Notes under the pieces: generated by a model
The model's input: the letters and a program-made list of their open reading frames with translations, nothing else
What the model was told of the DNA's origin: nothing
The model's database searches: none
From: Nemertoderma westbladi
Lineage: Eukaryota > Animalia > Xenacoelomorpha
Assembly (NCBI GenBank): GCA_032718475.1
Contig: JAUCBJ010002320.1
Span: 1-64,000 of the forward strand
Reading direction: 5' to 3'
Length of the DNA stretch: 64,000 nt
Program-made: the position numbers and the translations under genes
Shown here: one piece after another, positions 47,541 through 60,364 of the stretch
Layout of the letters: each line of letters starts with the position of its first letter
Numbering within the stretch: position 1 is the first letter of the stretch

Positions 47541-48209
47541 TTTTAAGAATAACTTAATTTGGTTGTATTACAGTACAATGCGGTGTGACATTTCGGTATT
47601 ATCAACTCACTGTAAATTATTGCTTCTGTATAGCTGCCAGCTCAGAATCCACGGTGTGGGTAATCGGCTACGGCCAGTCAGTGGTGGGGAGCTTTCTCAC
47701 TTATGAGATATGAGATATATCCCTCCTGGGGTGGTGGGAGGGTCAAGCCCTTAGATGGAGTTGAGATGAGGGGGTCAGTAGGCCAATTCCTGGTAGGTCT
47801 AGGTGAGGGGGGATTGTTAGACCTATTTATTATAGGAATGTATAAACTCTATAACCATTTAGAATATGCGCCCCATTGTCTATATTCCCAATATTCCCAT
47901 TGTCTATATAGTCCAATACTCACTTCCATACAAACTATAATTATAATAATTAATAATGTAACTGCCATACAGTATACTGATTGCATATTGTTTATATTGT
48001 TTCATGCTAGGTTAAAGCTAGCCTGGTATTGGTCGTTTTCCAGCTGATTATAATGAATATATAAAACAAGTAGGGTCTAGGAATTGGATGCTCTGATTGA
48101 CTAATATTGAGCCTCATTAATACTCTAATATAAAATGAAATATTTCCATCCTCTCATGAATTTCAGTCTCTACAATCTGGCAGGGTCGAAAAATTGAGTT
48201 TAGCAGAGT

Positions 48210-49058
48210 GGTCTAGGTCCGAATGAGACGAAGGTCCGAATGGGATGAAGGTCCGAAAGTGGCCGTCTGGGTCGCTTTTTTTCGGATCTTTGTCTTGTTC
48301 GGACCTTTGACCCATCTAAAACATTATCAACATCTAAAACATCTAAAACAGCATCAAATATTTAACTTATTCTATCTTATGACGTTGGTAATAAACTTAA
48401 TGGAGTATTATTTAATGGAGGATTCTACGGACAATTACGGCCCGGACTATTATTATAGCTTAACGTTAGGGGACCTTATTACGAATTCGATATATTACGA
48501 ACACCAATATTGCCAATTTTTCACCAAAAAACCCTCCCACCCACCGACCCCCTTATGAATCCAAAATATGTAGGCCTACAGTATTTGCGCCAGATAGGGG
48601 GGGGGGGGGGGGGGGGGGGGGGGTGGACTTTCGGCGCAATAAAGATTCATCCCTCTTCAGGGGACATTGGACGCAAATAACAGTTGATTACTCTCAAAAA
48701 TAAAACTGTAACCTGTTCTATTTTGTTTAGTTTATTGTTTTGGTTAAAATAACGTGCCACTGTAACCTGCTCCTTTGGACCTGGACCTTTGTCCCATTCG
48801 TTTCGTTTTTGTTGTTTCGGACCTTTGTCATAGGTGTTTCGGACCTCCGTCCTATTCGGACCTCCATCCCATTCGGACCTTCGTCGTATTCGGACCTCCG
48901 TCCCATTCGGACCTTCGTCCCATTCGGAACTCCGTCCCATTCCGACCTCCGTCCCATTCGGACCTTCGTCCTATTCGGACCTTCATCCCATTCTGACCTC
49001 CGTCCCATTCGGACCTCCGTCCCATTCGGACCTTTGTCCCATTCGGACCTTCGTCCTG
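48210..49058. repeat. MITE-like element with a 17-bp subterminal tandem repeat (GACCTTCGTCCCATTCG)n in inverted orientation at both ends
   Basis: About 13 copies at 48835-49057 and 2-3 inverted copies at 48215-48260. Confidence 0.7.
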
Positions 49059-49550
49059 AAGCCTAGGAATTGGATGCTTTGATAGGCTAATATTGAACTT
49101 CATTAAATCTCTACTAATCTAAAACGAAACTTGTCCAACCTGTCAAAGGACATCCCACATCATCTTCTCTGCAGTTTGGGAGGGTCGAGTTGTACCTATC
49201 GATATCGAGTCGATATCTTATACTGCCTATGTAGCTAATTAATTATAATTAATTTTTAAATATTTAATTGATTTGAACGCAATAAATATAATATTATTTT
49301 ATTTTCAAATTATTTACAAGGCATTTCCAAGTGTTTTTTTATACATGGAAAAAATTTCCAATATATACGTGCATTTATTCATGGTGAAATATCATTTTGA
49401 AGTGTTACGTGGGTTATGGAATTGTTGGTACTGTTGGCACTTGCAGTGTTTCCATAAATCTTGGTTATGATTATTTTGTGTAGCCTTGTAAAGGTGTTTA
49501 TAATAAATCCTGAATAATACGTTTAAATTAATAATAATGTATTATTGCAG

Positions 49551-49657
49551 TTGTTGGAATGTAAACACAGTATGTTCTGCAGCTGATTTCATTCCTACGG
49601 TTTCCTTAGATAATGGTCTCTGCTATACGTATCCTGGAAGAAATATTACATCTGCAG
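49551..49657 (+). CDS. DEG/ENaC exon 4
   Basis: ttgcag acceptor, gtaaat donor; CW....CSAADF...GLCYTY family motif (GxCYTFN). Confidence 0.88.
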
Positions 49658-50374
49658 GTAAATTTTATCATTCTCTGCCATACTATATTGATAAATGTTT
49701 TTCGAAACTTGAAACATTCGTACATAGTCTGATGTAGACAGGTAGGTCGAAAATGTGGTCCGAACCAATTCGGTTGAATGAGTTATGCCTCGCAGTTTTA
49801 ATCACGCTGTTCCTCCACTTTTTGTTGAAAGGATGTAATACAGCTGTGCTTTGGTTCCATTAGGGTATTGAAAGGTCCACAGCCTCCCCTTACTCTTTTC
49901 GAATGTGCTGTTTCTTTGTTGGTATTAATTCACATTCTTCCTTTAGGTCTAAGAGTATGCAGATTTTTCCCCTTTGAACTGGTGTGATAGGTTCTAAGGT
50001 TCTAACCCTTTAGGTTTGCTCATTCAGGTCACCAGCAATGACTTAAATATTGTGTTTCAAAATGTCCTTTATGGAAATAAGTCTGTTTAATTAATATACC
50101 AGGCATAAAAAAAGTAAAACAACAGTTTTGTGATGCTTTTTATGTTCATTCATGTTATTTCTCATTTTGTATAATCAATCAATTTCATTTAATCATCATT
50201 ATTTTTAATGAATGAATGAATGAATGAATGAATGATTGATTGATTGATTGATTGATTTATTATTATTATTATTATTATTACAGCCACTAAATCTATGGTT
50301 ACTAACCGGTATGAGTTATCAACAACAACTAATTTTAAATTCAGTTGTTTTCTATATATTTCACTTCAATTTAG

Positions 50375-50565
50375 GCCGAAATTCACATTTGGTATTTGCC
50401 ATAAATGCAGAATCATATGAATACCAGGGACCCATCACGGGATATGCACCGGCATCTGTTTACCTCACTATACATGAGGCCAATGCTCTACCAGATTTTA
50501 AATCAGCAAAGAGGTTTGAACTGATCGCTGGAACATCTACGGAATTGGGAATCTACATGAAACTT
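50375..50565 (+). CDS. DEG/ENaC exon 5
   Basis: tttag acceptor, gtgagt donor, phases consistent; G...L...IN..SYEY...VYLTIHE...P...GTSTELG palm-domain pattern. Confidence 0.85.
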
Positions 50566-52061
50566 GTGAGTTTGTCTACTAGAGGTCAGAAAGTCTGTTA
50601 TTATATGTTATATGTATGTTATTAAAAGGTAATTTAGAGTTGAAGATATTCGACCAAATACAGTTTGTGTGAATATGTCCAATAACATATTTTCTTATAT
50701 CATGTAGGTTGAGGTATATCGGGACCACATCATCTAAAATAACATGGGTTAACCCCATTAGTACCGGGCTATAAAATATACAAATACCGGGGCGGGGGGG
50801 GGGGGGGGGGGGGGTCGTATTGACCCGCCCCCTCTAAAATCTACAAATATTAACAAAACGTCTGATTTTTTGTTTGTACGTAGATTTTACTAGTCTGAAT
50901 CCGAGCGAAAAATAAAAAAAATTTAGAAAAAATGTACTGGGGTGGTTATTTTGCAGCACCAAAGTTAAGTAGTGAACAATTTTCATAAAATTTGAAAGTT
51001 ACAATTTTCTGCTGATTATTTTTCAATTTCCAATTTGCCAGATCATTGCTACACTTATTTTTCCGGCGCAACATGGCAAAATTTGGTGCTAGCACCAAAT
51101 TTCGTACCCATCACCAAAAAGTACAAGTTTGAGATGTCCAGTGCTGGTTTCATTGATTCATTTGGGTTCAGAGTAGGATGGTCAACAATCAAGGCTACAA
51201 AAATTCTGTACAGCAATATCTCCAGTTCCCTGGGTGAACCAAAGGGTCACTAGTATTGTGTCTTTGTAGACTTTGAAATAGCATTTGATAAAGTGAACCG
51301 TGTCAAGCTTATAATTAAACTTCACAAATTTGGTGTCAGTACAAAGTTCCTGAAAGCTCCTTTGGCTGTTATTTGTGTAATTTGTATCTTGGTTGTCATT
51401 GATTCACTTGTTACTTCTCCTATTACCCAGACAATTGGTGTCCTTCAGGGTGACAAAATGTCCCCTCATTTATCCGCACTTTTCGTCACTGATCTCCCCG
51501 CTGCGTTGCGTTGATTTCTATGGGAGTGCTAGTGCTCATGTATGCTGTCGATCTAGTGATAGTGGCTGATACCATCGAGCAAACACAGCATGCACTTAAT
51601 AGACTGTCATCTTACTGTAAAAATAACTCGTCTGTCAACATTGCAAAGGTGGAGGCTGTGAAATTCCACCATGGTATCCGATTGGCTGCTGCTGACAAGC
51701 TTACATATAACAACATGTAAATTGTAATGTTCGCTATACAGCGAATCATGAAAGGGTAAACTACCCATCCAGATGTCTGACTGAAAGAGGGGAATCCGCT
51801 ATACAGCAGTAACTTCCATGTATATTCAAAACTAAGAATAGCATATATATATTTTGAATCTCCCGCCACCATTGGATATCTTAGATCGACTATAACAACT
51901 CTCCTTTTTTAGAGATACAAATTGGATCTGGACGCCTAGACTAAATAACCTATGAATGTATCTTAAACTCAATATTATACACTTATACATAATATCATAA
52001 TACACTTTGCACTGTATAATAATGTCCTAGTTCCTTTTTTTGAGATTCATTTGTGATGAAT

Positions 52062-55000
52062 CTATATATTTCCACCTAGTTGACTATAATCAAGACGATT
52101 GGGTTGACATTTGTTGCGTGCACTTCGTCGAACACTGGGTGAGTCCAGATCGATTGAATTATCGATTGAATTGTCGCTTGAATTGTAATTCGATTGCGCC
52201 ATATTGTCCGAATGATTTATTAGTTCAGCTTGGACTGGGCGGATAAATCTTCGATTCCGCCATAAGTTTCGTCCAGACGGAAAGCGTAACCGATATCTGC
52301 GATCATTGGCAGTTTCAATGACTTTAGCGATGCGATCCCATTTATTAGTTGATGTATTTTGCACTAGGACAGTGGTGTTTGTCGATATTGGCGTGAGTGC
52401 AAAAGCGGATCTGTTATAATAGTATTTATGTTTCTCAGCTGTATCCAACCTTCGATGGTCGGATAAATCAGCACTTCTTTGCCATTCTGGCGAATAAGCA
52501 CGCCAATGAGTTGGTATTAGTGTCCGCGTAGGGTGTCCGAATACACGTTGTGCCGGGGATAGGCCATCAGAATTGGGAGTGTTATATAATTCTAACATGC
52601 CAGACTGAAATTCGTGACTTTCTATGTTACCGCCGGTTTTCGCCAATAAGTATTTAGCTTTTTTGACATTTGCTTTGGCATGTCCATTTCCCTGGGGATG
52701 TTTAGGTGATGAGGGAGTCCATTTAACTCCCCAAGTCTGTAGGAATTTTGACATTGTTTCTGCAGCATATTGGGGTCCTTGATCCGTTGTTAGTGTGTTG
52801 GGTATACCAAGCATTGCAAATAAACGTCGCAATACCTTTATTGTATCGGTTGCAGAAGGTGCACTGGGAAACTTTTCGACCAATAGATATCCGGAATACC
52901 TGTCGGCATATATTATGTAATATTGTGTTGAAAGTTGGTAAAAATCAGATGAGACTGAAACAAATGCTCGTTTTGGAATGTGTGCTTGAAGAAGTGGTTC
53001 ATGAGGTAATGAACTCCGATATTTCTGACATTCTAAACATTTATTTACTGTGTTGGTGATATCAGTGGAATAACCGGGCCAGTATACGGATTGACGTGCG
53101 CGTCTTTTTGTGCGGTCTATTCCTTGGTGACTTGCGTGGAGTTTACGGAGAATATCATTAACTGATGTTGGTGGAATGACAATCTGATGTCCTTTCAATA
53201 CGATACCATTTTCTATAGAAAGGTCATTGCGAATACTCTTAAACTTTTGAATGTACCCATTATTATTAGTATTTTGAAAGTTATTAGAGATTGCTGTAAT
53301 AAGTTCTTGATAATTAATGTCTCTGTCGGCGCATTTACGCAAATCGTCTACTATTAAGTCAGGTATTTCGAATGCAGCTATGTTTGTATCAATTGCATGC
53401 AGTGCCGAATTTTCCATTTCTATCAGATCATCATCAATATCTGGCTCTAGAACCGGTGCTCTAGACAGTGCGTCTGGGATTGAGTGTTGTTTTCCATGTT
53501 CCCAAACTACGGAAAAACTGTAGTCGCTTAGTCTAGATCTATAATTGAGAATGCGAGTGTTATCGATCTCTATTAATCCATAGTTGTTGAATATTTGGAC
53601 CAGAGGTTTGTGGTCTGTGATAACAGTAAATTGGGGTATACCTGCCAAATACACATGACATTTTTTGATGGCCCATGTTATAGCTAAGGCTTCTAGTTCA
53701 ATAACCGCGTATCTGGTTTCAACATCCTTCAAGAAGCGGCTTCCGCATTGAATTAATTTCTGAACTCCTGCCTGTTTTTGCAGTAGTGCAAACCCAAGTC
53801 CATTTAACCGTGATGCATCTGTTTTTAATATGGTTTCAGCGGTGGGATCGAACATTCCAAGAATTGGTGGGCTCAATAATATTTGTTTTGTTTTTTTGAA
53901 TGCTATAGAATGCTCTTCCATCCATATAAAGTTGTTCTTTGTACTTAATAACTGGCGTAACGGAGTGGTTGCAGACGAAATTTCTTTGCTGAATGAACCC
54001 AATTGGTTTACTAATCCTAAGAAACTACGCAGGTCTGATCTGGTAGTAGGCACTGGAAAATCTGATATTGCACTGGTTTTCCGTTGATCAATTGAAATTT
54101 CACCATAAGAAATATGATATCCTACAAAATTGATCTGTTCTGCGCACATGATTGACTTCGATTTGTTTACTGTTAAATTATGGTATGCACACCTCTCAAG
54201 TACATTGCAAACAGTTCTGATAAGATCTGGTAGGGTTGATGTACCTATACCAATATCGTCAATGACCTTTTGAACATTTATACCGGCCATAGCATGATCC
54301 CCGCGAAATGAATAACTGTCACCTGTAGACACAAATCCCATAGGTGATCTCAAATATTTGTATTTCCCAAATGGAGTTATAAAGACAGTGAGATCTTGTG
54401 CTGCTGAATCTAATGGCATTTGCCAATAGCCTTTAACTAAATCAATTTTACTGAAAAATCTGTCATTAAGTGAAAATCCACTGATTGCCTCGGCTGGGGT
54501 TTTGGTATGATATGCGGTTCTCTCTACCTGTGTATTTAATTTGGTTAAATCGGCACATATACGAACCTCACCATTCTGTTTTGGAGTGACCACGATGGGA
54601 TGGCACCATGATGTAGGTATATCTCCTACAGGTTCTATTATTTCACGTTCTACCATGTATTCTAATGCCTTTTTGGCTTTGTCTCGCATTGCATATGGTA
54701 TTTGACGCGCAGCATGGATTGCAAATGGTTTTACTTCAGATTTCAATGTTATGGTCATTGGTGAACCAACAATGTTTCCCTTCATTGGACGTAGTTCGGT
54801 AGAATCATCGAAAACTTTATGATATACAGTTTGTAATTTTTCTGTTATCATTTTAATGAGGTCTGGCGTTAGATGGTGAACATTTGGTATAGTTTTAATC
54901 CATTCCTCTCGTTTCTGCCATACTGGTTTATGCTTATCATTGGAAGCTATTGTTTGAGTTGTATCAACTGTGTTGAAATCAGTGGAATCTTTTATACCAC

Positions 55001-55772
55001 TTATGTGATTTGTATATGATGGATTTGGGAATTCAGGTGGTATAATGTGCAGTGCTTGACATGTCTCAAGTGATAGATAAAATCCAACAACATCGTAACA
55101 TACCACAACCAAGGTAGTTGTTTGTTTATTACCAGCGGTTATAGAAGCTTTAAATGTACCAATTTGTTCTAAGCTTTTTCCAGCGACCGATGATAAATTA
55201 TGCTTTAGTTTTGGTTCAAGAACCAATTTATTAACGATACCTGTATTGTTGAATGTTTCCAAACCCATTACAGTTCTCCCAGCTCCTGTATCAGCCAGTG
55301 CGGTAACAGTAATTGGCGAAACTAGACCTTCTGGGATTATGTTTACATTTAAATAATATGCATTATTTCTTTTTACTATTGTGTTAATTTCACTATTAAT
55401 TATATCTGTATTGTCGTAATTATCGTAATTGTTAAAAATTGTTAATATGTTTAACTTACCATCATCGTTGTTAAATGTGGGGGAATCTTCATCCTGTTCA
55501 TCAGATATGGATGAAACTTCATCGTTTGACTCTGAAATGCAAATTGCCCTTATTGATGACAAAGGTGTTGATGACAAGGGATGATTGAGGACAAACTGGG
55601 GCAAAATGTCCGATTCCACCACAACAAATACATTTCGACCGCGATGCTGGACAAGGTTTCGATTTATCCCGATGATTATTTTGACCACAGTGGAAACAGC
55701 GTTGATAAGTATTTTTAGGATTGCTGTTTTTCTCATGGATTTCCGTCTTCTGTGTGTTAAATAATCTCCCAT
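52062..55772 (-). CDS. pol: Gypsy Pol (protease, RT, RNase H, integrase)
   Basis: LADTGA, WCHPIV...RICADL, VIDD, TDAS, TDHKPL, HASHQG...WP...CLEC, TDQGPQY, GNGHAKANVK. Confidence 0.95.
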   Translation of the reverse strand: MGDYLTHRRRKSMRKTAILKILINAVSTVVKIIIGINRNLVQHRGRNVFVVVESDILPQFVLNHPLSSTPLSSIRAICISESNDEVSSISDEQDEDSPTFNNDDGKLNILTIFNNYDNYDNTDIINSEINTIVKRNNAYYLNVNIIPEGLVSPITVTALADTGAGRTVMGLETFNNTGIVNKLVLEPKLKHNLSSVAGKSLEQIGTFKASITAGNKQTTTLVVVCYDVVGFYLSLETCQALHIIPPEFPNPSYTNHISGIKDSTDFNTVDTTQTIASNDKHKPVWQKREEWIKTIPNVHHLTPDLIKMITEKLQTVYHKVFDDSTELRPMKGNIVGSPMTITLKSEVKPFAIHAARQIPYAMRDKAKKALEYMVEREIIEPVGDIPTSWCHPIVVTPKQNGEVRICADLTKLNTQVERTAYHTKTPAEAISGFSLNDRFFSKIDLVKGYWQMPLDSAAQDLTVFITPFGKYKYLRSPMGFVSTGDSYSFRGDHAMAGINVQKVIDDIGIGTSTLPDLIRTVCNVLERCAYHNLTVNKSKSIMCAEQINFVGYHISYGEISIDQRKTSAISDFPVPTTRSDLRSFLGLVNQLGSFSKEISSATTPLRQLLSTKNNFIWMEEHSIAFKKTKQILLSPPILGMFDPTAETILKTDASRLNGLGFALLQKQAGVQKLIQCGSRFLKDVETRYAVIELEALAITWAIKKCHVYLAGIPQFTVITDHKPLVQIFNNYGLIEIDNTRILNYRSRLSDYSFSVVWEHGKQHSIPDALSRAPVLEPDIDDDLIEMENSALHAIDTNIAAFEIPDLIVDDLRKCADRDINYQELITAISNNFQNTNNNGYIQKFKSIRNDLSIENGIVLKGHQIVIPPTSVNDILRKLHASHQGIDRTKRRARQSVYWPGYSTDITNTVNKCLECQKYRSSLPHEPLLQAHIPKRAFVSVSSDFYQLSTQYYIIYADRYSGYLLVEKFPSAPSATDTIKVLRRLFAMLGIPNTLTTDQGPQYAAETMSKFLQTWGVKWTPSSPKHPQGNGHAKANVKKAKYLLAKTGGNIESHEFQSGMLELYNTPNSDGLSPAQRVFGHPTRTLIPTHWRAYSPEWQRSADLSDHRRLDTAEKHKYYYNRSAFALTPISTNTTVLVQNTSTNKWDRIAKVIETANDRRYRLRFPSGRNLWRNRRFIRPVQAELINHSDNMAQSNYNSSDNSIDNSIDLDSPSVRRSARNKCQPNRLDYSQLGGNI

Positions 55773-55834
55773 TTGATTGGTTCGTTTTCCATTTACGTTT
55801 ATTGTAATCAGTTTTTGTTGTGTTTACACTATTA

Positions 55835-56827
55835 TCATTTGAATAAATATGTGCCTTTGGTCGCCCCGAGAGATAAGGTTGCAGTTCGAGCGGTTTCTAG
55901 TCCTATGATAAATTTCCGTGATTCATTGAAACTCAAAGGAGGGTCCTTGGCAATGAGTTTTTCTTTATCTTCTTCTTCTGACATTGCAAGAATTAATAAT
56001 GCTGTGTGTAAACGGTCCGTTGTAACAGTTTTTGTATTAGCATATTCTCCTAATTCTTCGATTTCATTGCAAAGTGACGTATATGTTTGTCTGTCTTTCT
56101 GCTTTATGGTTAACAGAGCACGCCAGTCAAGATTGGTATTTCGTAGAGATCGTAAATAATCTTTTATATCGTTTTGAATTTCGTCTACATTTAGATCTGT
56201 GTTTGCTGGAATTCCCAATGTTCTGTTAACAATCTTCAGGAAACCTGGGGAACAACAATCCCAGAATGCTGATAACTGAACATCGTGTGTGCGTTGACTG
56301 AGGGCCATTAGGTTTGAATAATTTATCCATAAAGGTATCCATTCATTAAATTTCCTGAAATCAGTATCTGATTCGAGAATAGGGGGTCTGTGTGGTGAAA
56401 GTTTTGGATGTTCAGAATTATTGCGATTCAGACCTCTATTATCGTCTGCGTATTCTGCAGTTAAACCAATTGTTGCGGTCCTGGCAGCAATTGCGTTTTC
56501 TCGTGCCTGCTTGCATTTTATATGTGCTTCAATATCGGCAAGTTTCTCTTTTGCTTGAAGCAATATTTCTTCCCAATTATCGATGTCATTATCGGCATCC
56601 GTTTCTGTACTTCCTGTACAGCATGTTACCATTGTATCAGCATCTCGGAATTTTTCGAATTTTTTCTCCCAATCTATGATTCTAGTAGCAATCGATGTTG
56701 GGTATATACCTTCGGTGCTTGTTAATGCTTCATAATGCTGGATTGCATCTAAACCGGCTTTAGATGCTCGCGTCACTGCTGACTTATATCCACGACGTGA
56801 AGCCTTTAAACTCTTTAACTCCGACAT
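55835..56827 (-). CDS. gag: Gypsy Gag; zinc knuckles continue in another frame at about 55590-55850
   Basis: 330-aa ORF after the PBS; CFHCGQNNH...C and CICCGGIGHFAPVC follow after a frameshift. Confidence 0.85.
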   Translation of the reverse strand: MSELKSLKASRRGYKSAVTRASKAGLDAIQHYEALTSTEGIYPTSIATRIIDWEKKFEKFRDADTMVTCCTGSTETDADNDIDNWEEILLQAKEKLADIEAHIKCKQARENAIAARTATIGLTAEYADDNRGLNRNNSEHPKLSPHRPPILESDTDFRKFNEWIPLWINYSNLMALSQRTHDVQLSAFWDCCSPGFLKIVNRTLGIPANTDLNVDEIQNDIKDYLRSLRNTNLDWRALLTIKQKDRQTYTSLCNEIEELGEYANTKTVTTDRLHTALLILAMSEEEDKEKLIAKDPPLSFNESRKFIIGLETARTATLSLGATKGTYLFK

Positions 56828-59800
56828 AACAGGTATGCTTTACAGCATAAATTACTGTACCGGTATAGAGGATACAAACCCCGTTATGCCGTTGCCAGCT
56901 ACTGCTACCGGCAGACCGGTACTATATCTGTCAGTCTGTGTATTATAATGTAAATCAATTACCGGTATTGTTTACTACCGTAAATATTTAGTCTTTAATC
57001 TATATAGATTCAATAATATCTCGCAGCGCCATGTAATGTTCGCTATACAGCGAATCATGAAAGGGTAAACTACCCATCCAGATGTCTGACTGAAAGAGGG
57101 GAATCCGCTATACAGCAGTAACTTCCATGTATATTCAAAACTAAGAATAGCATATATATATTTTGAATCTCCCACCACCATTGGATATCTTAGATCGACT
57201 ATAACATAAATCAAATTTGTTTCCAGTTTCAACTACCTTGGTATTGTACTAACTGCATTTATAACTCGAATTCTGGACACCTAATACATCACTACAGTAA
57301 GGCTATTGCTGCCGCCATCAGTCTATCTATCAAAGTAGACCTGCAAATGGTCTCACTGTCGTCAGCGATGTGCCTGTACCAACTCGTGATCATTCCTTCT
57401 GCATTATACGGAGTGGAGGTTTTCAACCTAGATAGGGACAGCCAACTGATTCAAGCTCACCTACGAAAGATCAAAGTGTTTTACTTCAAGTTGTGGGAAG
57501 GAGTTAGCAAGTTCTCGTCTTCTTCCACTTCTATTCTAAATGCTTTAGAAGACATATCCTGTGACCCTTGGAAACTAACTCTTCCAGATTATCTGGTTTC
57601 CATCGACGCTTCGTGGCACAACATCTGAGCAACGGGCATCACCATCTGCTTTGTTTTGACACGCGCTGTTGGAGACCAAAGCTGACCTGTGTCTGTAAAC
57701 TCTGCGGAGCGGCAGCAGGCTCACCGGACCATCTATTGTCCGATTGTTCCTGGGCTGCACCAGTGACAGGAGATTCCATGCTTGCACGACTCAAAAAGAT
57801 ACACGTAGCAATAGCAATCCTCGACAAACTGAGCAGAATCTGCCATTAGTAGGCCTATAGTATACGAAATAGTACTCCCCTGTAATGTGCATGTCAAATG
57901 TCTTCTCATAAGCACATATTAATATATACAAAAAAAAATTGCGCTGATTCTAATGGAATACATTTCTAATTTGCCAGATCATTGCTACACGTATTTTTCG
58001 GCGCAATATGGCAAAATTCTCCCAATTTCGTACCCATCACCAAAAAGTACAAGTTTGAGATGTCCAGTGCTGTTTTCATTGATTCCATCGGATTCAGGAC
58101 CCACGTAAACGTATAACGCAAGAAACAAGATGATACTATCTATTGATAAATTTGCTTATTTTCAAACATTTGGTGCTGGCACAACAATTTTTACCCATTG
58201 TCGAAAAATACAAGTTTGAAAATTTTTACAAACTTTTTTTTACAAGCAATTTTTACTTATTCCAATGTATTCAACCCTCACAAACCCGTATAACGCAAGA
58301 AACAAGTGACACAATCAATTGATGCATTTGATGGTTTTCAAAATTTGGTGCTAGCACCACATTTTGCGCCCACTTCCGAAAAATACAAGTTTGAGATGTC
58401 TAGTTAGATAATTATTTATTCCATTGAATTCACAACCGCAATAAACCTCTAAAACGCGGGAAATAAGTTGTCCCAAGCAATTTAACTATTGAATAGATTT
58501 TCAAAATTTCGTACTGGCACCAAATTTTGCACACAGCACCGAAAAATATAAGTTTGATACGCCTGGTGCTACACATATATATTCCATCGAAATCAGAACC
58601 CCAAAAAACGAATAAACAGCTTCTAACAATCAATTTACAAAATTGACATATTTCAAAATTTGGTGCTGGCACTAAAATTTGGCACCCGCCTAAATACCAA
58701 GTTTGAAATTTCTAAATTAATTTATATGAATGCCATCTAATTGCAAACACCAAAAAACCGGTGTAAGTCTAAAATAGAGATGTTACCAATCATATTTCAT
58801 GAAATGTAATTTTTAAAAAACGTTTAAAAAAAAGTGCCAAACGTAGAGTTAACAAATGGAGCTATAACTCGAAAAGTTCCCAATAGTTTTGAAAACCGTT
58901 TTCACTGTTAGGAAGGGAATAGGTTTTTAGGAAAAGTCATAAAATCTCAGAATCCCACCTACCTTTGTTTCAGAGTTATAACAAAAAAACCACGGGAGGT
59001 GGGGGGTCATATTGACCATTTGGTTATACATACTAATGTGTGTGTATGTGACCCTCCACTCAAGTGGGAGAATCCGAATCCTGCAAGATAGATGGCATCT
59101 ATGAACTCTGAACAACTCTGACAGGTCTACCTCCACCATTACGGATTTTCATTTGGGGTAAGGGGTACTTGTTATAATTTTTACTGGGTGCCATGCCCCC
59201 TGTCCCAAAAAAAAAAAATAAAACGAAAACAAAAGGGGCCTCAAGTAGGCATAGGAAACCTTTTTTGTTTTTAAAAATTTCGAATTAATTATTTCATTAT
59301 AAAGTGTGGTAAAAACGAAAATGCCATGTTATATATAGAGATATCTACAGTATATATTGTGATAAGTAAATTAGATAAAGGTGATAACAGAGATTACTTG
59401 GATTTGCAATTTGCCAAATTTGTGCCATTATTACATAATTTGTAGATACTCTTCTCTGTCCCAGTGTCAATTCCTTTATTATACACCCATCCACCATTGT
59501 ATCGACTAAGTGCGAATACTCGCGAACAGTAGCGAGGTAGCATAATCTAATGTATTGTCCTCAGTAAAATGTGTTATGTAATGATTAGTTTAGTTAATTG
59601 GAGGAAGACCAAAGATGTTTTATATTGAGTGAAACTTATAAGCGCAAGTAAATATAGATAAATTTTTATTAAACTTTGTTGAAATATATACTGTATATAC
59701 CAATTTAACAGATGAGATTGGAGTACTTTTGCTGTGTCATCGAAGAGGGCTTCTTCCTCGGGGTCACGTCGAATTTCTATTAGGTGTATAATGTTGCTAG

Positions 59801-59951
59801 GCCTTTTGGCTTGTATGTACCATCTGCATCTGTAAGATTGATAATTCTGTATTTTTATATACTAAGCATTGGTTTTGCATGCATATCCAAGCACAATCAT
59901 TACGCTTCGCAAAAAAATTACAGCATACAAGAATATATAGTTCTGAAAGTC

Positions 59952-60222
59952 CTTGTTGTATACCTTGTATACCTTGTTGTATACCTTGTTGTGTACCTTG
60001 TTGTATACCTTGTATACCTTGTTGTATACCTTGTTGTATACCTTGTTGTATACCTTGTTGTATACCTTGTTGTATACCTTGTTGTATACCTTGTTGTATG
60101 CCTTGTTGTATACCTTGTTGTATACCTTGTTGTACACCTTGTTGTATACCTTGTTGTATACCTTGTTGTATACCTTGTTGTATACCTTGTTGTATACCTT
60201 GTTGTATACCTTGTTGTATACA
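59952..60222. repeat. 12-bp microsatellite (TATACCTTGTTG)n
   Basis: About 22 copies read directly, with some 9-bp variants. Confidence 0.95.
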
Positions 60223-60364
60223 AGGTATACAAACAATGTGAATTGTTTGTTTGCGAATATGGCATCATATGCCATATTCGCAATTTATGCGAATTTGTTT
60301 GAATTATCTGATATGTATAAATAGCATATATATATAATCTTTGCATGATTTTTTGGTTTTACAG

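Larger units (their letters stand above)
51723..57206 (-). mobile_element. Full-length young Ty3/Gypsy (Mag-like) LTR retrotransposon
   Basis: 175-bp TG...CA LTRs at 51723-51897 and 57032-57206 with one visible mismatch; TSD TAAAT; PBS TGGCGCTGCGAG (tRNA-Ser-like); PPT AAAAAAGGAGAG. Confidence 0.97.
51175..57938 (+). mobile_element. Degenerate 5'-truncated LINE (RT plus C-terminal CCHC zinc finger) split by the Gypsy insertion
   Basis: FVDFEIAFDKV, GVLQGDKMSP, MYAVDL before 51722; FNYLG...YGVEVF...CKLCG...HLLSDC and poly(A) after 57207. Confidence 0.8.
50753..59041. mobile_element. Probable TTAA-targeting non-autonomous DNA transposon with internal ~150-bp repeats; hosts the LINE and Gypsy below
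   Basis: TTAA-CCCCATTAGTA left end and degenerate TACTAATG right end; repeated aaatttggtgctagcacc...aaaatacaagtttga units on both sides of the nested inserts (51030-51170, 57965-58710). Confidence 0.4.

Noticed and set aside
48647-49103. Overlapping repetitive ORFs (GRRSEWD / PFGP)
   Set aside because: Products of the 17-bp tandem repeat
59784-60346. Metallothionein-like (CCIP)n or membrane (VVYL)n proteins
   Set aside because: All six frames of a 12-bp microsatellite within intron 5
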